DNA from: Pseudomonadales bacterium
GTDB lineage: Bacteria > Patescibacteriota > Microgenomatia > UBA1400 > PJMF01
Assembly: GCA_020632235.1 (NCBI GenBank)
Contig: JACKFY010000001.1
Coordinates: 159,334 to 223,333, forward strand
Reading direction: 5' to 3'
Length of the DNA: 64,000 bases
A model generated the notes under the pieces. It had not been told where the DNA came from. It saw only the letters and a program-made list of their open reading frames with translations, and made no database searches. The position numbers were made by a program, and so were the translations under genes. Shown here piece by piece: positions 18,499 through 28,467 of this stretch. Position 1 is the stretch's first letter. Every line of letters starts with the position of its first letter.

Positions 18499-19624
18499 GC
18501 GCGTTGTAGTATGCCAGGTTGTGGATGCTCAGTAGCCTTCCACCCAGGCTGTCTTTAATTTTAAAAAGGTGATGAAGATAGTACCTTGGGTAGTGAGCAG
18601 CACGTGAGGTGATTATTTTGTCCAACACAGAGGTGTCGTGCTTGTACTTGGCATTGGTGATGCGAACTACTCCGTCAGAGCTGTAACATACGCCGTGGCG
18701 AGCATTCCTGGTTGGCAGCACACAGTCAAACAGGTCGTAGCCGTACTGCATACAGCGCAGCATGTCATCTGGGGTGCCCACACCCATAGCATAGCGAGGC
18801 GCATCTGCTGGCAGTAGCTTGGCCACAAACTGCATTACTTCGTCAGGAAAAAACTCTTTTTCAGTGATGGCCCATCCGCCGAATCCATACCCGTCAAACC
18901 CGATCTGGATGAGTGCCTCGGCGCAGTGCTTGCGCAGGGTTTTGTCAATCCCGCCCTGTACGACGCAAAATAGAAGAGGGCGCACCGTGCTTTCCCAGCC
19001 CAAGCCTCGCTTTGCCAGGTGTTGCTCAAACCGCTGTTTACAGCGCTCTGCCCAGGCTATGGTGCGCTCCACTGATGCTACTAGCTCTGCCTCATCTTGG
19101 TAGTGTCTGCAATCATCGAGTACCACCATGATGTCACTACCCAGGTTCCACTGAATATCAATGGCGTTTTCAGGGGTGAGGATGAGCGGCGCGCCGTCTC
19201 TGGGGTTGGTAAAGTGTGCGCCGTCATTATCAACAGAACCTTTGAGATTGGCAGAGTTGTGAATGAGAGAAAATACCTGAAACCCGCCGCTGTCAGTCAG
19301 CACTGGCCTGTTCCACTGCATGAATTGATGGATGCCACCCATCTGCCTGATGTACTCATCACCTGGGTAGCTGCGCAGATGAAAGGTGTTGGTGAGCAAG
19401 AATTGCAACTCATTTTGTTCTCTCAGATGCTCTGCAGAGAGCGTTTCTCCTTGGGTGAGAGTGCCAGACAGATGGGTTATTTCTTCTGGCGAGAGGTGCT
19501 TGATCACCCCTCTGGTCGCATCAGGCCCAAAGGCGGGAGTCATAATCTGTCCGTGTGGAGTGGTGATCACTCCTCGTCGTGGTGTTTCTCCTGGTGGTGT
19601 AAATAACTGAAAGTGTTTTGACAT
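18476..19624 (-). CDS. tgt: queuine tRNA-ribosyltransferase (tRNA-guanine transglycosylase)
   Basis: It has TPAFMPVGT-like motifs (TPAFGPDATRG, VLTDSGGFQVF, DDC...) and a zinc-binding C-terminus. The start was taken at MSKHF. Confidence 0.85.
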   Translation of the reverse strand: MSKHFQLFTPPGETPRRGVITTPHGQIMTPAFGPDATRGVIKHLSPEEITHLSGTLTQGETLSAEHLREQNELQFLLTNTFHLRSYPGDEYIRQMGGIHQFMQWNRPVLTDSGGFQVFSLIHNSANLKGSVDNDGAHFTNPRDGAPLILTPENAIDIQWNLGSDIMVVLDDCRHYQDEAELVASVERTIAWAERCKQRFEQHLAKRGLGWESTVRPLLFCVVQGGIDKTLRKHCAEALIQIGFDGYGFGGWAITEKEFFPDEVMQFVAKLLPADAPRYAMGVGTPDDMLRCMQYGYDLFDCVLPTRNARHGVCYSSDGVVRITNAKYKHDTSVLDKIITSRAAHYPRYYLHHLFKIKDSLGGRLLSIHNLAYYNALMKQPFG

Positions 19625-19669
19625 GAGGCGTTTTGCTATCGTATCATGCAAATGAAGGAAGTAACGTTT

Positions 19670-20926
19670 ATGAAGATTACACACCTCTGGGCACTTGAAG
19701 TACTTGACTCGCGGGGCAACCCGACAGTCCGCGCGTTTCTCGAGCTTGCAAACGGAGCGCGGGTGAGTGCGAGTGTGCCATCTGGTGCCTCAACGGGAGT
19801 ACACGAGGCGCACGAGCTGCGTGATGGTGACACTACTCGCTACAATGGCAAAGGAGTACTAAAAGCAGTCGAGCACGTCAACACGGTCTTGGCAGAACTA
19901 GTGGTAGGCAGAGATGCCAGTGATCAGCAGACTATTGATAGTGACATGATCGCGCTTGACGGGACACAGCATCTCTCCCGATTAGGGGCAAATGCCCTGT
20001 TGGCAGTCTCGATGGTAGTAGCACGCGCAGGAGCAGTGGCCGAACATACTTCGTTGTATCGCTACTTAGCACACTTGGCTGATCGCCCAACCAACTCATT
20101 CACACTTCCCACACCGATGATGAATGTGCTCAATGGTGGCAAGCACGCCGCTGGTGCGTCCGATTTCCAGGAGTACATGATTGTGCCCGTAGGGGCTACC
20201 AGCATGATAGAGCGCGTGCGCTGGGGGAGTGAGCTGTTTCATGCCCTGGGTAAGATCTTGGCTGACGAGGGGTTTCAAACTACCGTTGGTGATGAGGGTG
20301 GCTACGCGCCTTCGCTTCACTCCAACACTGCACCACTTGACTACGCGCTCCGCGCTATTACGGCAGCAGGATATACCCCTGGGACAGATATAGCACTCGC
20401 CCTCGATACTGCAGCTAGTGAGTTTTACGTAAATGATGTGTATACACTCTCGACTGACGGCACAGAATACTCCCCGCAAGAGCTAACCGATTGGTACGCG
20501 AGGTTACTTGAGAAGTATCCGATTATTTCTCTGGAAGACGGGCATGCGCAGGATGACTGGGCGGGGTTTCAAGACGAGATAAAAACATTTGGCAGTAGGG
20601 TGAACATAGTAGGGGATGATTTGTTTGTGACCAATCCCAAGCGTATTCAAACAGGTATTGAGATGGGAGCTGCCAACGCGCTTTTGGTCAAACCAAATCA
20701 AATAGGGACGCTCACCCAGACTTTAGAGGCTATCAAGATAGCTCGTGGTAGTGACTATACTCTAGTAGTATCACATCGGTCTGGTGAGACAGCAGACACC
20801 TTTATTGCCGATCTCGCTGTTGGGGTGGGGGCAGAGTACATCAAAACTGGCTCGTTGTCGCGCTCCGAGCGGGTGGAGAAGTATAATAGATTGTTGGAGA
20901 TTGAGAGGGAGCTTGCGCGTTTTTAA
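19670..20926 (+). CDS. eno: enolase (phosphopyruvate hydratase)
   Basis: Highly conserved enolase sequence (ITHLWALEVLDSRGNPTV..., SHRSGETED-like HRSGETAD). The start was chosen at MKITHL. Confidence 0.9.
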   Translation: MKITHLWALEVLDSRGNPTVRAFLELANGARVSASVPSGASTGVHEAHELRDGDTTRYNGKGVLKAVEHVNTVLAELVVGRDASDQQTIDSDMIALDGTQHLSRLGANALLAVSMVVARAGAVAEHTSLYRYLAHLADRPTNSFTLPTPMMNVLNGGKHAAGASDFQEYMIVPVGATSMIERVRWGSELFHALGKILADEGFQTTVGDEGGYAPSLHSNTAPLDYALRAITAAGYTPGTDIALALDTAASEFYVNDVYTLSTDGTEYSPQELTDWYARLLEKYPIISLEDGHAQDDWAGFQDEIKTFGSRVNIVGDDLFVTNPKRIQTGIEMGAANALLVKPNQIGTLTQTLEAIKIARGSDYTLVVSHRSGETADTFIADLAVGVGAEYIKTGSLSRSERVEKYNRLLEIERELARF

Positions 20927-21255
20927 ACCCTACACTCACACCTTTTTTTCCTTAACAGGCGGTACTGTGCGTCAACAGAGTCTACATATTCGTCTTGTTT
21001 TTCAGAGCCAATAGCCAAAACTTCATCAAGCGGTGAGTGGTGGTTATAGCCTCTTCTGCCCATTTCTTCCACGAGCTGCTCATGTCGCAGAAATAGAGCT
21101 TTTTCTTTTCCCACCCAGCGTTTTGTTTCTGGGTGGTTGGCATATCCACCTACCCCACCATGTTTTGTCAAGATATTCCACAGGCCGTGTAGCTCTCGGT
21201 GTTCACCCAGTAGGTGTTTTCGGCATAGAATTGATGGTGGTACGTCCCAGACTCT
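20923..21255 (-). CDS. pyrimidine dimer DNA glycosylase (T4 endonuclease V / DenV family)
   Basis: MRVWDVPPSILCRKHLLGEHRELHGLW parallels T4 DenV [26 protein letters not shown]. Confidence 0.65.
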   Translation of the reverse strand, partial: RVWDVPPSILCRKHLLGEHRELHGLWNILTKHGGVGGYANHPETKRWVGKEKALFLRHEQLVEEMGRRGYNHHSPLDEVLAIGSEKQDEYVDSVDAQYRLLRKKRCECRV

Positions 21256-21297
21256 CATGTATTTAGTAGTATACGGTATCAGTGCTATACTCACCCC

Positions 21298-22494
21298 ATG
21301 ATCCTCACTGAGCATGAAGCAAAACAACTACTTGCTGCAGCACAGATTGCTGTTTCTCGGTCAGTTTTGATCACCAAAGAGCAGTTTGAAGACGCTCTAT
21401 ATTTTGAAACAACGAGTCACCTGCAGTTTCCTGCTTTTGCAAAAGCTCAAGTCTTGCATGGCAATAGAGCGCTGTCTGGACTTATCCAAAAAGTAGAAAC
21501 GGCCCAACAGCTGGATGATGTACTTACCAACCTTTTTTCTCTTTCAGATCAAAACAAGCAGCCTGTTACGAGCATATTACTAGAGGAGGCAATAGAGCAT
21601 GACGCTCAGCATTACTTGAGTGTAAGTTACAGTACGCGTGAGAGATCAGTGGTGATGCAGTACTCGGATGCCGGTGGGGTAGGGATGGATGAAAGGGGTG
21701 GGGAGATGCAGACGCACATCCTCTCGATTCTCACTCCGCCGACCAGCTTTCCTCTCAATCCAGAATTACTACCCCTCGTGCAACAACTCTGGCATGTTTT
21801 TACCCAGCATGACGCAACGCTGGTCGAGATCAATCCTTTAGTTCAGAATAATGGTGAGTGGGTGTGTTTGGACGCCAAGATAGAGCTTGATAGCGTTGCT
21901 GCCTTTCGACATTCAGAGTGGAGCGCCTATCCTGCACGAACAACTGCCGGTGCACCGCCAACAGAGCGTGAGCAAAAAGCCAAAGCGGTGAGTCGCTCTG
22001 ATCATCGAGGCGTGGCGGGCGAGAGCTTTTTAGAGTTTCCTGGCGGCGAGGTAGGCATTATGGCGTCTGGCGGTGGCGCTTCTCTTTTAGTAATGGACGC
22101 ACTGCTGTTGGTTGGTATCAAGCCGGCCAACTACACGGAGTACTCCGGCAACCCCACGCGCGAGAAAGTCCACCAGCTGACTGAGGTTGTCCTTTCTATT
22201 CCCCGTCTCAATGCACTTTTCGTGGTGGGGAGTAACGCCAACTTTACTGATATTTACGAAACACTGGCGGGAGTTGTTGATGGGTTTCTTGCCAGTGCGT
22301 ACGCATCGCAAGAAGGGTTTATCATCCTGATTCGCCGCGGTGGTCCGCGGTGGCAAGAGGCATTTGAGATGGTGCGTGAGCGGCTGGCAGACAGAAGTGT
22401 TATTTTAGAGCTGTTGGGGCCTGACGCCCCAGTGACGAGCACTGCCGGTATCTTGAAAGAATTGCTTGAGCAACAAGCAAAAAAGAAAGTATAG
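21298..22494 (+). CDS. succinyl-CoA synthetase beta-subunit-like ATP-grasp protein (possible citryl-CoA synthetase small-subunit homologue)
   Basis: It has an N-terminal MILTEHEAKQLL segment, FAKAQVLHGNR (compare VVKAQVHAGGRGK), LVEINPLV, and a CoA-ligase C-domain GIMASGGGASLLVMDAL. Confidence 0.8.
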   Translation: MILTEHEAKQLLAAAQIAVSRSVLITKEQFEDALYFETTSHLQFPAFAKAQVLHGNRALSGLIQKVETAQQLDDVLTNLFSLSDQNKQPVTSILLEEAIEHDAQHYLSVSYSTRERSVVMQYSDAGGVGMDERGGEMQTHILSILTPPTSFPLNPELLPLVQQLWHVFTQHDATLVEINPLVQNNGEWVCLDAKIELDSVAAFRHSEWSAYPARTTAGAPPTEREQKAKAVSRSDHRGVAGESFLEFPGGEVGIMASGGGASLLVMDALLLVGIKPANYTEYSGNPTREKVHQLTEVVLSIPRLNALFVVGSNANFTDIYETLAGVVDGFLASAYASQEGFIILIRRGGPRWQEAFEMVRERLADRSVILELLGPDAPVTSTAGILKELLEQQAKKKV

Positions 22495-22498
22495 ACGT

Positions 22499-23401
22499 AT
22501 GGCGTTTTTAGTTACCTCAGGCACCAAAGCACTCATCCAGGGCATGACCGGCAAAGAAGGGCAACGCGCGCTGGGGTGGATGCGCGCGGCTGGGACAGAG
22601 GTCTTGGCTGGCGTGACTCCTGGCAAGGGCGGGCAAGAGGTAGGCGGTGTGCCTGTGTTTGACAGTGTGGCAGAGGCTACGGTGGCTTTTCCCCAGATTA
22701 ACGCGACCACGCTCTATGTGCCGCCACGGTTTGTGCTCTCGGCGTTTCGTGAGGCAGCCCAGGCCGATATTCCTCTCATCCATATTTTTGCAGAAAACGT
22801 GCCGGTTAAAGACACAGCCGAGATGATCGAGCTCTCTGGTCAAAAAAACATTCGAGTGGTGGGGCCCAGCTCGGTGGGTGTTTTTAGCCCTGGTGTTGGC
22901 AGACTGGGCACGGCTGGTGGGGGGGATGAGAGTAACTTTTTGGCTCCGTCGGGGGTGGGTGGGGTGGCGATTATCTCAAAAAGCGGTGGGATGATCCCCA
23001 CGCTTGCTTTTCCACTGACGCAAGCAGGCATTGCCCAGACCACCGTGGTAGGCATTGGGGGTGATAGCCTGGTGGGTAGTACCTACGCAGATCTTCTCGA
23101 CCTCATCGCAGCTGACGGGCAAACAAAGGCACTTTTTATCATCGGTGAGATAGGTGGTAGTTATGAAGAACAACTAGCCGAGGCCATTATCCAGACCCAT
23201 TTTGCAAAACCAGTAGTAGCGCTCATCACGGGGCTGTTTGCCCAGACGCTGCCGCAAGGCTCTACCTTTGGTCACGCGGGGGCGATTGTGAGCAGGACTG
23301 AAGGGACGCGGGAGGGCAAGATCAAGGCTTTGCAACGCGCAGGGGTGACTATTTTGGATGATGCCAGTCAGGTGGCGAGGGTGGTGGGGGAAGTGTTGTA
23401 G
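22499..23401 (+). CDS. succinyl-CoA synthetase alpha-subunit-like protein (CoA-binding, catalytic His)
   Basis: It contains GVTPGKGGQEV, SKSGGM, GIGGD and the phospho-histidine loop GHAGAIV. Its start is 5 nt after the sucC-like stop. Confidence 0.85.
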   Translation: MAFLVTSGTKALIQGMTGKEGQRALGWMRAAGTEVLAGVTPGKGGQEVGGVPVFDSVAEATVAFPQINATTLYVPPRFVLSAFREAAQADIPLIHIFAENVPVKDTAEMIELSGQKNIRVVGPSSVGVFSPGVGRLGTAGGGDESNFLAPSGVGGVAIISKSGGMIPTLAFPLTQAGIAQTTVVGIGGDSLVGSTYADLLDLIAADGQTKALFIIGEIGGSYEEQLAEAIIQTHFAKPVVALITGLFAQTLPQGSTFGHAGAIVSRTEGTREGKIKALQRAGVTILDDASQVARVVGEVL

Positions 23402-23476
23402 CAACAACAGTATGTGGGGTATACTGGGAGGCGTGTATTTGAGAAGTAGTATTTCCTGCCAAAAAAGGGTGTTTCA

Positions 23477-26400
23477 ATGAAGCAAAAAAAACCAACAAGC
23501 AAAAACACCTTTGCAGATTTCACCAACCTATATTCACTCTCCAAGACTCTTCGGTTTGAGCTTGTCCCCTACAATGATGAAACAAGAACGATGCTTGGTG
23601 AGCATGACATTTCCCAAAAAGGAAAACTACGCAAGGAAAAATATGAACAGACTAAGCCTTTTATAGATAGATTGCATCGAGAGTTTGTACAAGAGGCTCT
23701 CCTAGATGTAAAGCTGGAAGAGTTAGCAGAGTACGCCCAATCATATGAGTTTTGGAAAAAAGATAAGAAAGGCTCAAAACAGAAAAAAGCACTTGAGTCT
23801 GCTGAAAAAGCTTTGCTGAAAGAAATAGGAGTATTATTTGATTCTCAGGGTAAAAAATGGGCAGAAGAATTTGCAGGTATTGAGGAAGTAAGTCTTAAGA
23901 AAAAAGATAAAGCTATTTTATTTGAAGAGGGCATTATGTCTGTGCTCAAGTATAAGTATGGAGAAGATCCAGAAAGTTTTGTACCAGGGGAAGATGGAGA
24001 GCAAGTCTCAATTTTTGATGACTGGAAGGGTTTTAGCGGTTATTTCACCAAGTTTTTTGAAACGAGGAAAAATTTTTATACAACTGATGGGAAAGCAACA
24101 GAAGTCGCAACACGAATAGTCAATAACCTTCGTCTTTTTTTGGATAATAGGGAAACTGCTAAAAATGTTTTGGGGAAATTATCTCAGAAAGATATAGATA
24201 CTGTCGGTAACAATTTTGATCTGGATGTAACAAATATCTTCACCATTGACTATTACAACCGACTCTTACTGCAAGATGGTATTGATCATTACAATATAAT
24301 TCTTGGCGGTGAGACGAAAGATAACGGAGAGAAACTACAAGGGCTCAATGAACTAATCAATCTTTGGAAACAGCAAAATCCAGGCGAGAAGCCTCCTTTC
24401 TTCAAAAAACTACAAAAGCAGATCTTGAGTCCAAAAGAAGCGTTTATAGAGCAAATTGAAAGTGATGAGGAGTTGCGGCAAGAACTGCAAGGTTTGTTGA
24501 CTGCATATGAAAAACATATTCTGCCTGGCAGAGATTTATTTCAAAACTTAAAAAATGATACGCAAGACTATGATTTAGATAGTATTTATTTCAACTCGTT
24601 TGGTCTCAACACGTTGATTCAAAAATGGGTGGGTGATAAGTCAGAGTTTATTAATAACCTCTACGATGTGCTTTCACAAAAAGAGATAAAACAGATATAC
24701 GAAGGATTTGGATTTGGTATAGCAAAACGGACAGGTGAGAATACTAAGTTTCCAGATTTTGTACGACTCTCAGACCTGCAAGCAGCATTGTTGCGCACTC
24801 CTACAGACCATAAACTTTGGAAAGAGTCATATTACTCTGACAAAGTTGTATTAGCAGATGATAAAAAGAATACTACTTGGCAACAATTCTCAACTATTTT
24901 CATACATGAGTTTGAGCAACAGTTTCAACGCAAGATAAGAGGAGAAGATAATCAAAGTATTACTGCAGGTTTGGACACTTCTTATAAAGAGTTGGTAGAG
25001 ATATTGCCAAGCATGCAGGCACCAACTAGAGAGAATAAAGTGGTTATCAAGAATTTTGCCGATGATCTACTGCGCACCTATCAAATGGCAAAGTACTTTG
25101 CTCTAGAGAAAAAGAGGTCTTGGGTGAGCGGCTTGAGCGAAGACCCAGCTTTTTATGCAGATAAAAATTTTGGTTACTACACTCATTTTTATGAAAATGC
25201 ATATGAAGATATCGTCCAGCCCTACAATAGGATCAGAAATTACTTGACCAAGAAAAATTATGGAGAGGATAAATGGAAGTTGAACTTCAATAAAAGTAAT
25301 TTATTGGGTGGTTGGCCAGATAGCCCCCCTGGAAATACACAGTATGGGGGATTGCTGTTTCGCAAAGATGAAAAGTACTTTTTGGGCGTGACAGATTACC
25401 CTAAAGTATTTGATAAAACACAAAATCCAGAGGCATTTAAAACAAGTGGAGAGACATTTGAAAAGATGGTCTACAAACAAATTGATGCCAAGACTTTGTA
25501 CGGCTCCGTCTACAAAGGTTTGTACGGCTCGAAGTACTCTGATGACAAGGAAGAAATGAGCGACAATGAATTAATAGCAAGAGTGAAAGAGGTACTACTC
25601 ACCAAAGTAGATTCATTTCCAAAACTTCACCAAATAATTAAGAAAATCGAAGCTGGTGCATATACTGATGCAAAAGAATTGGCTCGAGAGATAAGCGCTG
25701 GCAATTTTTATAACATCGATTTTATTCAGGTTTCTGCTGACTACTTAAAGCAAGGCCGTTATGTTTCTGGGAAAAATCAAAAAAATCTTTTCCTCTTCCA
25801 AATCAAAAACAAAGACTGGAATAAAGGAGCGAAAAAAACACAGGCATCTAAAAACCTTCATACCCTGTACTTTGAGGCACTCTTCTCAGAAGAGAATAAA
25901 CAAGCAAACTTCCCATTCAAACTTAACGGACAAGCAGAGTTGTTCTTTAGACCAAAGGTAAGTAAAAGTATTCTGGGTACCAAAAAGGATAAGCAGGGTA
26001 AAGAAGTTATAGACCATAAAAGATTCAACAAAGATATGTACTACTTTCATGTGCCTTTGACAGTAAACAGAACTCAGGAAGATACAAATGCATATCGTTT
26101 CAATAGAGAGATAAACGAATTTCTTGCAGACAAGCCAAATATCAACATCATTGGACTTGACCGAGGGGAGAAACACCTTATTTACTACTCAGTGATTGAT
26201 CAGAAAGGCGAGCGAATCGATGCCGGGAGTTTTAATACTATTAACGGGAAAAATTATAAAGAATTGCTTGAACAAAAAGCTGAAGAGAGGAAGAAAGCAA
26301 AACAAGACTGGCAGAGTGTGGAACAGATCAAAGACTTGAAAAAAGGCTACTTATCACTCGTGGTGCGAAAGGTTGTAGATCTCGTGATAGCACACAATGC

Positions 26401-27418
26401 CATCATCGTCATGGAAGACCTCAATATGCGGTTCAAACAGATCAGGGGTGGTATAGAACAAAGTGTGTATCAACAATTTGAGAAAGCACTCATAGACAAA
26501 CTCTCTTTTTTGGTCAATAAAGGTGAGAAAGATCCAGAATCAGCAGGGTACCTGCTACGCGCATATCAACTAGCAGCTCCTTTTGAGTCATTTCAAAAGA
26601 TGGGAAAACAGACAGGGATAATTTTTTACACAACTGCCAGCTATACCTCCAAGATAGATCCGCTGACTGGATGGCGACCCAATATCTACCTCAAGTACTC
26701 TAATCAAGAGAAGGCGAAAAAAGATATTGCCAAGTTCAAGAATATTGTGTTTGACTCAGTGAAAAATAGATTTGAATTCACCTATGATCTGGCAGATTTT
26801 TATAACAAAAAAGGCAAGATTGAGTTTCCTCAAAAAAGAGAATGGACAGTCTGCTCAAATGTAGAGCGTTATGCGTGGGACAAAAGGCTCAGTGGCAACA
26901 AAGGTGGCTATACGCATTATCCAGACCTAACTGACGGCAAAGCAGAAAATATGTTTAAAGAAAACGCTATCTCAAACTTCAAAAATCTATTTGAAAGTGT
27001 GGGAATAGATATACGCGGTGATATTCAAGCACAAATTGCACAGTTAGATACAAAAGATAACAAACAATTTTTCTCAACTTTTATGTATCTGTTCCGCTTG
27101 ATACTCCAAATCAGAAATACCAACTCTAACGAGACAACTGGTAGTGATGACAACGACTATCTGCAATCACCAGTTGAGCCATTTTTTGACACGCGCAGAT
27201 CTGCAGACTTTGCTGAAGGCCTGCCACAAAATGGTGATGAAAACGGGGCATACAATATTGCCAGGAAAGGCATATTCATCCTAGACAGACTCAGTGAGTT
27301 TGAGAACTTGACCGATAACGAGAAGAAGAAACTCAAATATCCAGATATCTTGGTGAGGAATGTGGAGTGGGATGCATTTGCAACAGAGAGTAAGATGTTT
27401 CTATCATCAATTAGATGA
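23477..27418 (+). CDS. cas12a: Cas12a (Cpf1), type V-A CRISPR effector nuclease
   Basis: 1313 aa. The N-terminus YSLSKTLRFELVPY matches the Cas12a WED-I signature. RuvC-I is IGLDRGEKHLIYYSVID, RuvC-II is IVMEDLNMRFK and RuvC-III is NGDENGAYNIARKG. It is followed by cas4-cas1-cas2 and an array whose repeats end in the Cas12a handle TCTACTTTTGTAGAT. Confidence 0.95.
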   Translation: MKQKKPTSKNTFADFTNLYSLSKTLRFELVPYNDETRTMLGEHDISQKGKLRKEKYEQTKPFIDRLHREFVQEALLDVKLEELAEYAQSYEFWKKDKKGSKQKKALESAEKALLKEIGVLFDSQGKKWAEEFAGIEEVSLKKKDKAILFEEGIMSVLKYKYGEDPESFVPGEDGEQVSIFDDWKGFSGYFTKFFETRKNFYTTDGKATEVATRIVNNLRLFLDNRETAKNVLGKLSQKDIDTVGNNFDLDVTNIFTIDYYNRLLLQDGIDHYNIILGGETKDNGEKLQGLNELINLWKQQNPGEKPPFFKKLQKQILSPKEAFIEQIESDEELRQELQGLLTAYEKHILPGRDLFQNLKNDTQDYDLDSIYFNSFGLNTLIQKWVGDKSEFINNLYDVLSQKEIKQIYEGFGFGIAKRTGENTKFPDFVRLSDLQAALLRTPTDHKLWKESYYSDKVVLADDKKNTTWQQFSTIFIHEFEQQFQRKIRGEDNQSITAGLDTSYKELVEILPSMQAPTRENKVVIKNFADDLLRTYQMAKYFALEKKRSWVSGLSEDPAFYADKNFGYYTHFYENAYEDIVQPYNRIRNYLTKKNYGEDKWKLNFNKSNLLGGWPDSPPGNTQYGGLLFRKDEKYFLGVTDYPKVFDKTQNPEAFKTSGETFEKMVYKQIDAKTLYGSVYKGLYGSKYSDDKEEMSDNELIARVKEVLLTKVDSFPKLHQIIKKIEAGAYTDAKELAREISAGNFYNIDFIQVSADYLKQGRYVSGKNQKNLFLFQIKNKDWNKGAKKTQASKNLHTLYFEALFSEENKQANFPFKLNGQAELFFRPKVSKSILGTKKDKQGKEVIDHKRFNKDMYYFHVPLTVNRTQEDTNAYRFNREINEFLADKPNINIIGLDRGEKHLIYYSVIDQKGERIDAGSFNTINGKNYKELLEQKAEERKKAKQDWQSVEQIKDLKKGYLSLVVRKVVDLVIAHNAIIVMEDLNMRFKQIRGGIEQSVYQQFEKALIDKLSFLVNKGEKDPESAGYLLRAYQLAAPFESFQKMGKQTGIIFYTTASYTSKIDPLTGWRPNIYLKYSNQEKAKKDIAKFKNIVFDSVKNRFEFTYDLADFYNKKGKIEFPQKREWTVCSNVERYAWDKRLSGNKGGYTHYPDLTDGKAENMFKENAISNFKNLFESVGIDIRGDIQAQIAQLDTKDNKQFFSTFMYLFRLILQIRNTNSNETTGSDDNDYLQSPVEPFFDTRRSADFAEGLPQNGDENGAYNIARKGIFILDRLSEFENLTDNEKKKLKYPDILVRNVEWDAFATESKMFLSSIR

Positions 27419-27905
27419 TTGTTGTTTTTGACTCTGATTGCACTTCTGTAATGGCTCGTAATCACGAAAAGCTCTCAAGAGAAATGACACGCTTGGACCT
27501 GGTTGAAGCTATTACAATAGCTACGACAATGATAGTGTATGGGGAAAAACAACATGGACTTGCAAATCAAAGCATGCCGCGTTCTAAGCGAATAAGAATG
27601 ATGGAGTACCTTAAAAATGTGTTGGTTCTTAATATCACTGGTGATGCGCCAAAAATATATGGACAGCTATGCTTTGATTTAACTAACTGATTTAAAGAAA
27701 AGTTTAAAAAAGCATGCAAACAAAAAGAGGCAAAGAAAAAGGCTAAGGAAGAAGTAAAAAAATGCATAATGACATCTGGACGGCTGCTATTTGCATAGAG
27801 AACAAAGCTTTACTATATTCAAGAGATCAAGATTTTGCGAAAATAAAAGCCGTAGACGATAGAGTATCTTGGGTTGACTGCAGAGATCTGTTATCTAATA
27901 GCTAA
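27415..27905 (+). pseudogene. PIN-domain (VapC-like) nuclease gene disrupted by an A-rich insertion with an in-frame stop and a frame change
   Basis: The N-terminal piece (27415-27690, MIVVFDSDC...APKIYGQLCFDLTN) ends at TGA. The C-terminal piece (about 27759-27905, MHNDIWTAAICIENKALLYSRDQDFAKI...) is a canonical VapC C-terminus but lies in the -1 frame. The two are separated by about 70 nt of lysine-codon-rich sequence containing an A7 run. The start overlaps the cas12a stop (ATGA). Confidence 0.6.
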
Positions 27906-28467
27906 TTTTATGCACTCCTACATCCAACTCTCAAAACTCAATGATTTCTTGTTTTGCCCGTACTCTGTTTACTTGAAATCCATCTACGACGGTTTCAAGT
28001 CAGACACCTATCATGCTACTCCGCAAAAACGAGGCAAAATCCATCACAAAGCGATAGATGAAGGCACCTATTCTTCTTCAACCCGCTACCTGCAGGGGCT
28101 TTCTGTCTATTCTGAAAAATATAACATAGCGGGGAAAATAGATATTTACGATACAGAGAAAAAAGCTCTAGTCGATCGAAAATACAAAGTAAAAGCCGTC
28201 TACGACGGGCATCGTTTTCAACTGTTTGGACAGTACTTTTGTATGGCGGAGCGAGGGTATGAGGTTGAAAAACTGTTTTTACACTCATTATCAGACAATA
28301 AACGCTATGAGGTGGCACTACCAGAGGGAATATGGCTTGAAAAGTTTGAGCAATTGGTTGTACGCATGCAGAACCCAGAAAACTATGAAAAAGACCCCGA
28401 TGTAACAATTGAAAAATGTCAAAATTGTATCTATAGTGTGCTGTGCCCGTATGCTAAGTCTGCCTGA
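27874..28467 (+). CDS. cas4: Cas4 (RecB-like nuclease with 4Cys Fe-S cluster)
   Basis: A single Cys (FLFCPYS) lies near the N-terminus and a C-terminal C-x2-C-x5-CPY cluster (CQNCIYSVLCPY) follows. It is positioned between cas12a and cas1. The true start may be the internal Met (MHSYIQL) at 27910. Confidence 0.85.
   Translation: MTAEICYLIANFMHSYIQLSKLNDFLFCPYSVYLKSIYDGFKSDTYHATPQKRGKIHHKAIDEGTYSSSTRYLQGLSVYSEKYNIAGKIDIYDTEKKALVDRKYKVKAVYDGHRFQLFGQYFCMAERGYEVEKLFLHSLSDNKRYEVALPEGIWLEKFEQLVVRMQNPENYEKDPDVTIEKCQNCIYSVLCPYAKSA

Noticed and set aside
23477-27418. The large effector could be a novel, unclassified Cas nuclease
   Set aside because: The N-terminal WED motif, RuvC I/II/III motifs, size, absence of HNH, the cas4-cas1-cas2 partners and the repeat hairpin all match the established Cas12a (Cpf1) family. 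The novelty lies in context and variants, not in effector class.
27687-27760. The in-frame TGA in the PIN gene could be UGA recoding (Gly in code 25) or a programmed -1 frameshift at the A7 run
   Set aside because: cas12a itself and other genes here terminate with TGA, and the genome is not the very-low-GC type associated with code 25. A frameshift alone would not bypass the upstream TGA. A pseudogene or insertion is simpler, though read-level checking of the homopolymer is still suggested.
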